Shown here: positions 36,343 through 46,337 of the stretch, in pieces
Numbering within the stretch: position 1 is the first letter of the stretch
Layout of the letters: every line of letters starts with the position of its first letter
Assembly (NCBI GenBank): GCA_031216635.1
Contig: CM062274.1
Span: 26,420,913 to 26,484,912, forward strand
DNA: 64,000 bases
Direction: 5' to 3'
Source of the DNA: Dissostichus eleginoides
Taxonomy: Eukaryota
The notes under the pieces: generated by a model
Database searches by the model: none
The model's input: the letters and a program-made list of their open reading frames with translations, nothing else
What the model was told of the DNA's origin: nothing
Translations under genes and position numbers: made by a program

Positions 36343-36981
36343 GTCTCAAAGGGTCATAGGTCACAGGGGAGGGGGGTTTTCTCAGAAAGGAGAATACATT
36401 CCTGCGTTTTAAAGGTCCCCTATTATACTGTTTTTCATCAATATATTATAGGTCTCAGATATAAAATCTTATTTTACCTGCCCCTTCTTAAAAAAAATAA
36501 CAACAAACCAAATGAAATAACCATACGAACGTAAAATAAAAGCAACTATTCTTTCAGTCACAGTTGCTTACAAATACTGAAACATAAAACCAGAACACAA
36601 TCAAAAGTAAACTTCAGACTGTCTGATTACGCTTTCTTTATACATTTTCTTAAACATATTGATCTAGTTATATGATTGGAAATATGTCCTGACACCAGAG
36701 ACACAAAGACATAATGGCTGAGCTGTCTAACAACATAAGAATGAAAACAAAGTAAACACAAGTCTGAATGAAAATAGAACAGAAATGGGGGAATGTCCCT
36801 ACTAAGTGTGTAAGGAATCTCACTCTCCCTCATAACCACGACCGATACGGGTTGTAACTCTCTCAGCTTTAATGACAAAACTTGTTGTATTCAGCCTTGC
36901 CTTGCTTTGCACACTGAGGTTCTTTTTCACAACAGACATTTTAAAGTTGCTGTTTTTTTTATGTTTGTTCGGTCATTTCAG

Positions 36982-37081
36982 CCCGACAGCCAATCGGCAC
37001 ATGCTCAGAGCCCTGGCTCAGGCCGGGGGCGGAGCCTTTGAGTTCTTCGACACAAAAACCAAACATAACTGGACAGATAAG
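36982..37081 (+). CDS. parp4: parp4 exon 24 (vWA)
   Basis: Translation SPTANRHMLRALAQAGGGAFEFFDTKTKHNWTDK (human GSTANRHVLRILSQCGAGVFEYFNAKSKHSWRKQ). Confidence 0.9.
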
Positions 37082-37565
37082 GTAGGACTGACTAGCTTTA
37101 CATTTTATTATAACACATTATTGGACTTTTTTACCCAATGCAAAACATGAATTTGAATCTGATGATCTCCATATGTGTTGAAAGTATCCACATGTTTCCC
37201 AAGAGGACCTAACACGTGTAATGTTGTAAAATGGGCCGACAGACTTTCACATTGAGAAAGAAATTGTTTTATTCATGTGTTAACCCTTTGTTAACTCTTC
37301 ACCCTTCAGTAAAGGGAACGGAGAACTTCCACATCAACACATTGTGCAATATAAATACCATTACCATCATTACAAAACACTCGCTGCTATATAACATGTG
37401 CAATATTATTATTATTAACAATGTGCTATGATAAACGTGCAATTAGGGTTGCACTACTAATTACTGGTTATATTGACATAAATTATGTGACCGTCTATGT
37501 TTCATGTAGATATTTAATTGCTCTTTATAAATAAAGTCTTATCTTATCTTTGATTTTGGCGGAAG

Positions 37566-37736
37566 GTTGCATCTCAGCTGCATCGTATGGCGTCTCCCAG
37601 CTGCAGTTCAGTGTCAGTGAAGTGGCAGCAGTTCAACCCGACAGCGCCCCCTCCTGTTCAAGCTCCCAAGCAGCTCCACGCTCTGTTCAATGATTGCCAC
37701 ACCCTGGTGTACGGCTTTGTGCCGCACTGCACTCAG
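37566..37736 (+). CDS. parp4: parp4 exon 25
   Basis: Translation (VASQ)LHRMASPSCSSVSVKWQQFNPTAPPPVQAPKQLHALFNDCHTLVYGFVPHCTQ (human ...RLCSPSCHSVSVKWQQLNPDVPEALQAPAQVPSLFLNDRLLVYGFIPHCTQ). An alternative in-frame acceptor lies at 37578 (atctcag|ctg). Confidence 0.85.
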
Positions 37737-37743
37737 GTACACA

Positions 37744-38258
37744 CTTAAAGGTCCCCTATTATACTGTTTTTCATCAATATATTATAGGTCTCAGATATAT
37801 ACAAAACATGTCTCTGAAGTGTTTGGCTCCAAACACCAAACAGATCATTGCAGCATCCCATAATCCCCTCTGTTTCAGCCCTGTTTCAAAAGTGCTGATT
37901 CTCTGTCTGTGTCTTTAGATGAAAATAAGGAGCCCCTCCCCACGCCCCTCTGAGAGATATTTGGTTAAAAAGAACACAATGGTGCTCTAGGAGGAGATTC
38001 AGGTGATAAGGTGGGGGGGGGGGTTACCTTGGTTGGTGATTGGCTAATGGTTTCACAAGCAAAAAATCATTATGACATCATAAAGTGGCCAAAATCTGAT
38101 CAGTTCATTTTCAGACATATTTTTATATAAATAGATCAGGACAAAAAGAGAGATAATCTTTTTTCCTGAAACTTTCAGAGTCTCTTTACACAGAGGGGAC
38201 ACATGTTGATGTAGAAGAGACATGAAAAAGTGCATTTTGCATAATAGGTGACCTTTAA
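37744..38258 (-). mobile_element. MITE family B copy, inverted relative to 30048-30560
   Basis: Starts ttaaaggtcccctattatactg and ends cattttgcataataggtgacctttaa. Internal sequence is co-linear with copy A in reverse complement (ORFs 30020..30256 and 38053..38382 translate alike). Lies in parp4 intron 25. Partial copies at 36408-36468 and 49268-49430. Related termini at 6766-6900 and 57345-57480. Confidence 0.7.
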
Positions 38259-39195
38259 TATACACGACTGGAAACAGCTTACTTTGCTTAGCCCAGGGGT
38301 CTGCAACCTTTTTGACCAAAAGAGCCATTTTGCTCCCTTTTCCAACAATTCTTTTTGTCTGGAGCCGCAAAACATATTTCATAGCTTGATAGCTTATAAA
38401 GTTGGATTTATTGTTATATCACAGACAAAAACTACATTTTTTTTTGCATTTATTATTTATTACATTATATAAAACTCTTAACCTCTAATAAGAAACAAAG
38501 AACTCCTATAAGGAGAATTAAAAAAAATACACAGGCCTACTTTAAAATAAAATAAACACAGCACTTGGGGAGTCCTCTGCACATTTGAAGGAAAGAAAAT
38601 AGAATTAAAATTGACCCACTTTGAAATAAATAAAACATAGCTGCACCCTAAAAAGAGTTAACTGATTGAATTATGACTGAAGATCGTCAGCTGTCTTCCT
38701 CTTCCGTTTTTCTCCTTGATACGTAAAGGCTGCAGCACCTTTGATGACTTCTCTCCACATATCAAACATACCGGTAAACCAGCATCGTGCCGGGGGTCAG
38801 GTTATTCACCTGTAAGAAAAGCCGCTGGCGCGGGACCGTAGCAGGATATGACGCATATTTTAGTTGACCTAATTAAAACCGTTTTGTTTTTTATTTATGT
38901 GTCACAGTATCACCTCAAAATACAAGATACGAAACATTTTCAGCCATGCAACAAAATGTAAATAGTCCTACAAATACTTTTATTTCCTACTTATTTTTGT
39001 CTAAGCTCAAGGGAGCCAGAGCAGAGGGCTTAAAGAGCCGCATGCAGCTCGAGAGCCGCAGGTAGCCGACCCCTGGCTTAGCCTATAAAATATTAAAAAC
39101 TTGATATGAACACAATAGGGCAAAAATATTTTAAAAGCTTCAATATTATCCAGCATTTTTCCTTGATAAATGACTCAAATAATGACTTATCACAG

Positions 39196-39276
39196 GCCAC
39201 CCTGCTCGGAAATCTCAGCGGTCAGGAGCTCCAAACCATGGTTTCAACCAGTGAGCTGCAGAAGACCAGAGGCACA
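39196..39276 (+). CDS. parp4: parp4 exon 26
   Basis: Translation ATLLGNLSGQELQTMVSTSELQKTRGT (human ATLCALIQEKEFRTMVSTTELQKTTGT). The donor ggcaca|gtaaga runs straight into (CA)n. Confidence 0.9.
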
Positions 39277-39281
39277 GTAAG

Positions 39282-39332
<51 letters not shown>
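39277..39332. repeat. (CA)n microsatellite starting at the parp4 exon 26 donor
   Basis: ggcaca|gtaagaacacacacacaca... Confidence 0.95.
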
Positions 39333-39334
<2 letters not shown>

Positions 39335-39616
39335 CACTCTCCAGTCCCTTTTGTATTTGTTAATCCTTCTGCTTGCACTTCTACTTTGAAAAACATTAAT
39401 GCCATGTAACGTTGATCGTCTGTTTATACACGTTTTGTGTTGTTCAAAACGTCCTCTGAATCCATGAATCCTGAATAACAGTTGATGAAACTGTTTGTTA
39501 ACAAAAAATTATACCATCTTACATAATTGCACTCATCTTAACTAGTTGACCCTGCAGACACTGATGCAGGTTGTTGTTGATTATAGATTATGATGTGTAT
39601 TAATGTGTGTGTTCAG

Positions 39617-39695
39617 TTTCTTCACAAGCTCACTGCGAGGGCCCTCATCAGGGATTACGAAGACGGAAGCCTGGATACCAATGAAGCCGAACATG

Positions 39696-39697
<2 letters not shown>
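39617..39697 (+). CDS. parp4: parp4 exon 27
   Basis: Translation FLHKLTARALIRDYEDGSLDTNEAEHE (human MIHKLAARALIRDYEDGILHENETSHE). The donor catgag|gtgtgt is the first repeat unit of a ~190 bp (GT)n tract. Confidence 0.9.
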
Positions 39698-39775
<78 letters not shown>

Positions 39776-39809
39776 TGTGTGTGTGTGTGTGGTGGTGTGT
39801 GTGTGTGTG

Positions 39810-39887
<78 letters not shown>
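39698..39887. repeat. Long compound (GT)n microsatellite starting at the parp4 exon 27 donor
   Basis: catgag|gtgtgtgtgt... about 190 bp with a few ggt/gtt interruptions. ORFs 39590-39981 on both strands are artifacts. Confidence 0.95.
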
Positions 39888-39890
<3 letters not shown>

Positions 39891-39962
39891 CAAAAGAAAC
39901 CTGCATCGCTTTAGACGTCTAGTCCCAGCTCCAGGTGTTAAACTGGACCTTTTTTGTTTCAG

Positions 39963-40058
39963 GGAAAGAAAGCGGAGCTGAAGCGCTTCATCATCCAGTT
40001 AAGCAAAGAGTTCTCCATCCTGTCTCAGTTCACCAGCTTTGTGGCCATCGAGGAAAGG
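39963..40058 (+). CDS. parp4: parp4 exon 28
   Basis: Translation GKKAELKRFIIQLSKEFSILSQFTSFVAIEER (human MKKQTLKSLIIKLSKENSLITQFTSFVAVEKR). Confidence 0.9.
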
Positions 40059-40159
40059 GTTTGTTAAATGAAAAACATTATTTATTTATATTTGTCCACC
40101 TTTCCAGCCCAGATTTGAAGGTTTTGTAGCACCCAACCATCCCCTCTACCTTGTTTTAG

Positions 40160-40318
40160 GACTCAGAACAACCAGAGGAAGGCTTTACAGACATCCCAAA
40201 GCTACTCGCCGAGGAAGATGTGGACTTCCTCCCCTACATGGGCTGGATTTCTCCTCAGGACAGTGAAGAGGAGGACTCTGAGGATTATTTGGAAAGGAGG
40301 AGGTCCAAATGCTTAATG
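40160..40318 (+). CDS. parp4: parp4 exon 29
   Basis: Translation DSEQPEEGFTDIPKLLAEEDVDFLPYMGWISPQDSEEEDSEDYLERRRSKCLM (human DENESPFPDIPKVSELIAKEDVDFLPYMSWQ). Donor aatg|gtaaagtcac. Confidence 0.88.
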
Positions 40319-40420
40319 GTAAAGTCACATTGTGCAATCAGGGGACAAGAAAAAAGCATCTTTACTTGTTATGATTTACTAATTGACAATATCCTTTCTG
40401 CCTTCGTCTCTCCGTTGTAG

Positions 40421-40480
40421 GAGTTTGGGTTCCAAGCAACCGCTGAGGATGACTCTGAAGAGATCTCTGATTGCTTAATG
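40421..40480 (+). CDS. parp4: parp4 exon 30 (duplicated mini-exon)
   Basis: Translation EFGFQATAEDDSEEISDCLM, with acceptor ccgttgtag| and donor aatg|gtaaagtcac. It belongs to a tandem exon+intron unit duplication, so its inclusion in mature mRNA is uncertain. Confidence 0.65.
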
Positions 40481-40582
40481 GTAAAGTCACATTGTTTAAT
40501 CGGGGGACAAGAAAAAGGCATCTTTACTTGTTATGATTTACTAATAGACAATATCCTTTCTGCCTTCGTCTCTCCGTTGTAG

Positions 40583-40873
40583 GAGTTTGGGTTCGAAGTG
40601 ACCGCTGAGGATGACTCTGGGGATGCTAAGGATGAGTCTGAGGATGAGTCTGAGGATGCTAAGGATGAGTCTGAGGATGAGTCTGAGGATGAGTCTAAGG
40701 ACTTGTCTAAGGATGAGTCTGAGGATGAGTTTGGGGATGCTAAGGATGAGTTTAAGGATGCTAAGGATGAGTCTGAGGATGCTAAGGATGAGTCTAAGGA
40801 TGCTAAGGATGAGTCTGAGGATGAGTCTGAGCCTCTGGTTGGATTAAAAAGTGATCCAATAATCCAAATGAAG
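40583..40873 (+). CDS. parp4: parp4 exon 31 (acidic octapeptide-repeat exon)
   Basis: Translation EFGFEVTAEDDSGDAKDESEDESEDAKDESEDESEDESKDLSKDESEDEFGDAKDEFKDAKDESEDAKDESKDAKDESEDESEPLVGLKSDPIIQMK. It carries 24-bp (DESEDAKD-type) repeats. The frame is confirmed by ORF 40598..40948. Confidence 0.8.
40617..40840 (+). repeat. parp4: Coding 24-bp tandem repeat (acidic DESEDAKD-like octapeptides) inside parp4 exon 31
   Basis: gatgagtctgaggatgctaag-type units repeated ~9 times with variants (gac ttg tct aag, gat gag ttt ggg/aag). Confidence 0.85.
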
Positions 40874-41453
40874 GTAATGTCACATTGCATTTACTATAAT
40901 AATGAGGAAACAAAAGCGTTTGCTTGTTGTTATTTGAAGATGCCCTAAAATCCCAAACTTCCCTCCAGAGGGAATTTCTCTGAAAAATAAAGCATTTTTT
41001 GTACATTTAAGCATGTAAACAGACAGGAGAGGCACAAAATACAAATATGAACCTGAAAATGAGGATAATATGTCCTCTTTAATAAATAACACTTTAACAA
41101 GTTGCATTTGTCTCCCTTTGTGCTTTGTATGATAGGGGACTTATTCCCGTAAAATGTTCAGCAACAAATTGCTGCTTCACATTTGCTATTTTAAAGTGAC
41201 AATAAATGCATCGCTTTCAGATAGAGCTGTTATTTGTAATGCATTGACTGTGTTAAAACTAAACAAAAACATACCAATTGGCAGGTTAACAAATCCTTAA
41301 TGAGTGTCCTCGTGTGGCGTCACTCACATGTTATTAGAGAGGCAGGACAATGCAATACTGCAACATTAATTTTTGTTTGAAAAAAATTCAATTGTCCAGT
41401 TATCATTTGTAAGAAAAAGGTTTTGACTTTTTTATTGTTTCTGTGTTTTTTAG

Positions 41454-43351
41454 CATGGGTCCTCTCTGAGAAGAAGAGGGGACGTGGACAGATCGGCACC
41501 TTCAGCAGCGTGTGAACCCCCCATGCGTGATTTTGAAGTAGCACTACATTCTTTTGAAATGCATCAATTGGATGAAGAATTGCATTTGGATTCAGACTGC
41601 TCATTTCATCCTCCATCATCTCCTCCTTTCCACATGAAGGAACTCACCCAAAAACGTTCTTTCCGTGCGCCTCTCCCTCTGATCAGTGGTCTTCCAAGCC
41701 GCTCATTTCATCCTCATGGACTAATGGCAGCAGAAGTTCCCAGACGCCACGTCATCATGTTCGGTGCAACGCAAGCTGCAACTGACTCAGATGTGTCGAT
41801 GAAGATGAGCGATGATGGGCCTGAACCTCCTGTGACAGGGAAAGCATTTTCATTCTCAAGACAGAAAAAAGCACTCTCCTATTCTGCTCATTCACTTCAA
41901 TGCCAGTCAACCTCTCAAGACCCTCCAGCTCCCCCTCCTCCTACTCTTGGTCCAGCTCCTCCGCTAGCTGAAATTTTACTTGGCACTAATGCCATGTCGG
42001 ATCAGGTCAGTGAGTCACTGGTGGGACGCGCTTTCGGGAACAGAGCGCTATCAGCTTCCTATCAAACAGGAACCTCCTCTGGTCTCTGGGATGCAGGATT
42101 GTTTGCACCCCAGGAACGCAGCTCGAGTTTTGGATCTCCTGTGAAAGGTCAGTCAGGAGGGTTTTCCAGTAGTGCAGCATCTTTATTCTCCTCAGATCAA
42201 AGACAAAAAGGAAGCTTATTTTCTGATGAACTTGAAAGGGCAGGCTTTGGTCTCATGGGTTGTGCGCTTGAAGAAGAACCCGTTAGACAAGATCAGCCAA
42301 TGAAAGATGCCCCTCCTGTTTCACTTGATGAAGCATCAGATGTCGATGTAGAGCGACGTATGCACAAATCCACAGGTAGACCATTAGCAATGCTTGAAGA
42401 AGATGATCCCTCATGTGGAAGTTCTTGGGGAGGACTGGTCCACATGAAGGAACTCGCCCAAAAATCTCCTCTTCGTGTGCCACTCCCTCCGGGTGGTCGT
42501 CAAATTCCCTCATTTCATCCTCGAGAACAAATGGCAGCAGAAGTTCCCCAACGCCACAGCATCATGAACGGTGCAACGCGAGCTGCAACTGATTCAGATG
42601 TGATGATGATGATGAACGACCGTGCGCCTGAACCTCCTGTCACAGGGAAAGCATTTTCATACAGAAATGCACTGTCCTATTCTGCACATTCACTTCAACG
42701 CCAGTCCACCTCTCGAGACCCTCCAGCTCCCCCTCCTCCTACTCTTGGTTCAGCTCCTCCGCTAGCTGAAAGTTTACTTGGCACTAATGCCATGCCGGAT
42801 CAGGTCAGTGAGCAAATGGAATCACAAGCTCTCAGGATCAGAGCGCTATCACCTTCCTATCAAACAGGAATCTCCTCTGGTCTCTGGTCTGGACTCCAAA
42901 GCAGCTTGAGTTGTCCCACCTTTCCAGGTGCTATGAATATCCATGTCGGTGCGTCTGATTTGGATATGACAACTGAATGTGCGACTGAATCTCCTGTGAA
43001 AGGTCAGCCAGGAGGGTTTTCCAGGAGTGCATCATCTTTATTCTCCACAGCTCAGCTCTTATTTTCTGATGAACAAGAAATGGCAGGCTTTGGTCTCAGG
43101 GGTTGTGCGCTTGAAGGAAAACCCATTAGACAAGATCAGCCAATGAAAGATGCCCCTCCTGTTCCACTTGATGAAGCATCAGGTGTCCATGTAGAGCGAC
43201 GTAGGCACAAATCCAGAGGTAGAGCATTAGCAATGCCTGAAGAAGATGATCCCTCATGTGGAAGTTCTTGGGGAGGACTGCTCCCGCGTAAACGTGGGAT
43301 TGGTTTTTTAAAGGCCTCCAGGATGCGTCAATCAGCTGATCAACCATTTGA
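41454..43351 (+). CDS. parp4: parp4 exon 32 (1.9 kb exon with two ~270-aa tandem repeats; S/P-rich)
   Basis: Open frame 41454-43352 (ORF 41484..43355). Acceptor gtgttttttag|cat is in phase with exon 31. Two ~810 bp tandem copies (FHMKELTQK...SCGSSWGGL / VHMKELAQK...SCGSSWGGL). The proposed donor tttga|gtgagt at 43352 overlaps an in-frame TGA. Confidence 0.78.
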
Positions 43352-43682
43352 GTGAGTCCCCAAACGTTTTTTTGTTTTAATAGATAAGCTCCTACTAAGA
43401 AAACTGTGATAACTATTGAATAATAGTTGTTGACAAAAAATGCTCTACTTATTTATAATTTTTTTAAAGGCTTTGGTTGACAAAATTAACATAGATGAAT
43501 TCATCTGCATGTTAACTGAAAAGTATTGTTGTAAATCCTCTGATTATGTACATGTATGCATGTGGGAAAAAAAGTCAGTATATGTGTGTATTTATGTTTA
43601 CATTCTTTGATTTATGTGTGTTTTTTAATACACAACATCCAGTGTTCTCTAAGAGTGTCCTGTTGTGATCATGTCGTTTCAG

Positions 43683-43749
43683 GAGGAAGTCAGCAGACCC
43701 TGAAGCGCTGAAGCTCAGATGGACAGAGATCTTCCAAATGCAGCATTCG
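43683..43749 (+). CDS. parp4: parp4 exon 33
   Basis: Translation (E)RKSADPEALKLRWTEIFQMQHS. Acceptor tcgtttcag|, donor attcg|gtaaga. It is in frame only with the 43352 donor of exon 32. Confidence 0.75.
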
Positions 43750-44128
43750 GTAAGAAAATATCAAAATGAACGTATTGTTCTCGAGTACCTTTTCTTTTCC
43801 TGCTGACAGGATACAATGACAGCCCTTTGAATGGTTTATCAATTCTGATCCTTTGATCATTTCTGTGTGAAACCCATTTGGGATGATTAGCTGTCGGAAG
43901 GCTGCTTTGCACTTCTTGTTAAAACACTGTAACTATAGCGATACAGCGGTTAGAGATATGTTTACTGACAGCGGGGCAAATTTGGGTTTCAAAAGCAATC
44001 TTATGCAACGTGGCGATGTTCGGTATTATCGTACAAGCATTTTGGAAAAATACTTTAGATGCTTTTAAAAGTACTAATACCTAACTGTGGAAATACTCCA
44101 CTCCTTATCATGCACTCAAACCCTTACT

Positions 44129-44511
44129 TAAAGGTAGGGTAGGTAAGAATGGAGAAACCAGCTTGAGTGCGCTAGAATTTGAAAGTACACAACCGAAAGA
44201 AATCTGCCCCTTCCTTCAGACTTCCTTACAGAGCCCCTCCAACACACACGAACGCGCACATGACCAATGAGGGCACGAGATAAGTTTGTGCACAGATGGA
44301 AGGCTGACAGGCAGGTAGGCCATCCAGTTATTTTAGCCGGGCCGGCTCAGATGATTGGTCGTGCTTTTTACAGCGCACGGCTTCCAAGATGAAATATTTG
44401 TATGTATTTATTGTCAAAGCATTTAATTTATTCATTGCTATCGGGATGTTAAGAGCATTCCATGGAATATAACAAAAAGTGTTTCTGAAGTGAATTACCT
44501 ACCCCACCTTT
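44129..44511 (-). mobile_element. MITE family A copy (full, ~385 bp)
   Basis: aaaggtagggtaggtaagaatggagaaaccagcttgagtgcgctag ... gaattacctaccccacctttaag. In parp4 intron 33. Orientation opposite to copies 1 and 3. Confidence 0.65.
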
Positions 44512-45221
44512 AAGTAAAAGTATATAAACATTATCAGTAAAATGCATTAGTTAATCGTAAGTAAAAGTTTGCAATGAAATATATCATCAGTGAGTGTTTT
44601 ACTATTAAATGGTGTTTTTTGGATGTATTTATTGCTGCAGTAATGCTTATGTTATTGTGCTGCTGCAGATGGTTAAGGTTATATGTACATTGCAGGTCCT
44701 TTACATACAAGTTGAATCTACAGCAATTCATTATATTCTATAAGATTATGTTTGTAGCTTTGTCGCTGTCCTGCAGAACCATGTATCTCTGAACATTTAA
44801 AAAAACGATGTGATCATACATTTTTCTGCTGATCCAAAAGGCTTTTTTCATTATTTATTCACATTAGGAAGTATGATATATTTTTCAACACATAAAGGGA
44901 ACACCTATCCTTCATCAGATTATCACAAACACATCTTAAGATGCATGGTTTTAAACTGGAGAGGAAGGGAATGAAAATTGGTGATCTGAAATCTATTTGC
45001 TGCATAAAAGGGAAATACTCAAATTCAAATTTAAGGTACTTTTATTAAACGTAAATACAGTACTGGAGTAAATGTACTTGGTTGAGTTCCACAACTCTGT
45101 ACATTACACATATAACCTTTTGCACCTTTTTCTATTTCTATTTTTTTTTTTTAGCTGGCACTTTAACCATGGGGGCGTAATTACTACTTTATGAATTTGT
45201 GACATTTTATTTGTGTTTCAG

Positions 45222-45324
45222 GAGGGTTACTGGCAGTTCACCGCAGAGCTGGGTGAGCTGATCAATTTGGATGTGGACCTATTCGCCAACGTGTTCCTGA
45301 AAAACAAAGGCATCCAGTCTCTGG
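45222..45324 (+). CDS. parp4: parp4 exon 34 (MVP-interacting region)
   Basis: Translation EGYWQFTAELGELINLDVDLFANVFLKNKGIQSLG (human EDGFWKLTPELGLILNLNTNGLHSFLKQKGIQSLG). Confidence 0.88.
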
Positions 45325-46204
45325 GTGAGGACTCTCAGAAACAGATGCAGCCTTTAGAGTGGGAATAGATTTGTCATTTCAGATCATTTCCACATCTTTC
45401 TGTGGCCAAAAGATTGGGTTTACACGTGGAGATAGAAGTATCATCGCCGAATAGTGCCAACATGTTCTTATTAAGTTTAATATAACCTTCCAAGCACTAT
45501 AATATTAACCAATCAGACGAGAATGTCCTATTTGTATTCATGAGTTTTTAGTTTTTAAATCATTAAGATGAGTTTCAAAATAACCTGTTAATGACTAAGT
45601 CTCTTTCCTTGTCAAAATATAAGAAAAAACACTTTGATTCAAAATATAACTCCTCTCTTTGGGGGTTCTATTAAAAGGTATTTACCAGTGAAAAGTTTAA
45701 TATTGAATGTAAAATCAGTATTCAAAGTAAGTAAGTTGCGAGAGCCATTACCAGTGTTAAAACTCAAGGGAGAAGAGAACAATAACCTCAAAACTGACAC
45801 ATTTTAGTGTGTGAAAAGGGAGACAATTGCAAACAATTATCATGCCATGCCTCTGCTTTGTAGAGACTTCAATCAAAAGCCACATTTTCCACTTTTCAGC
45901 ACAAGTATATTTCATGATAGTTTGGGTTATATTTGTCCAGGGTTTGAGATTAACATCTGCTTCACAATGGAGATGTAAGAGATGTTTTTGTGGGGCTCCA
46001 AGTGGAAAAATACACTTAAAAAAATGCAACTGTGACATCTCTGTCCACAATAAATGTGCCTGTCTTTCAGTTTTCATTGAGGACTCTCGCATAGTTGCAC
46101 TGCTTTTTCTTTTTTAAGTCTTACAGATATCTCAGCCATGATGATGAGTTTGTTTCCCACGGATGTTAAAAGCATGTACTGTACTTGTCTGTGTGTGTGT
46201 TTAG

Positions 46205-46337
46205 GTGTGAAGGCCCATGCAGACATCCTGAAGCTGGTGGCGACTCTGCTGGTTCTGCAGCTGATGAGAGAGGAGAAGATAGAGGAGGGCAAACTGCTCC
46301 GCACCCTCTTCTGCCTGGACGACTCCCCTCTGCCCAG
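46205..46337 (+). CDS. parp4: parp4 exon 35 (MVP-interacting region)
   Basis: Translation VKAHADILKLVATLLVLQLMREEKIEEGKLLRTLFCLDDSPLPR (human VKGRECLLDLIATMLVLQFIRTRLEKEGIVFKSLMKMDDPSISR). Confidence 0.88.

Noticed and set aside
39590-39981. Five overlapping ORFs (81-110 aa) on both strands.
   Set aside because: They are generated by the ~190-bp (GT)n tract. Only the first 36 codons of ORF 39590..39922 (exon 27) are genuine coding sequence.
40531-40890. Minus-strand ORF of 119 aa (SSDSSLAS-rich) and + strand ORF 40611..40847 (MSLRM repeats).
   Set aside because: These are alternative-frame or antisense readings of the 24-bp acidic coding repeat in parp4 exon 31. The DESEDAKD frame is the one in phase with the flanking splice sites.
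42283-43347. Antisense ORFs 42283..42513 and 43126..43347 with near-identical sequences.
   Set aside because: Their similarity only reflects the tandem duplication within exon 32. Low-complexity sense coding often leaves open antisense frames.
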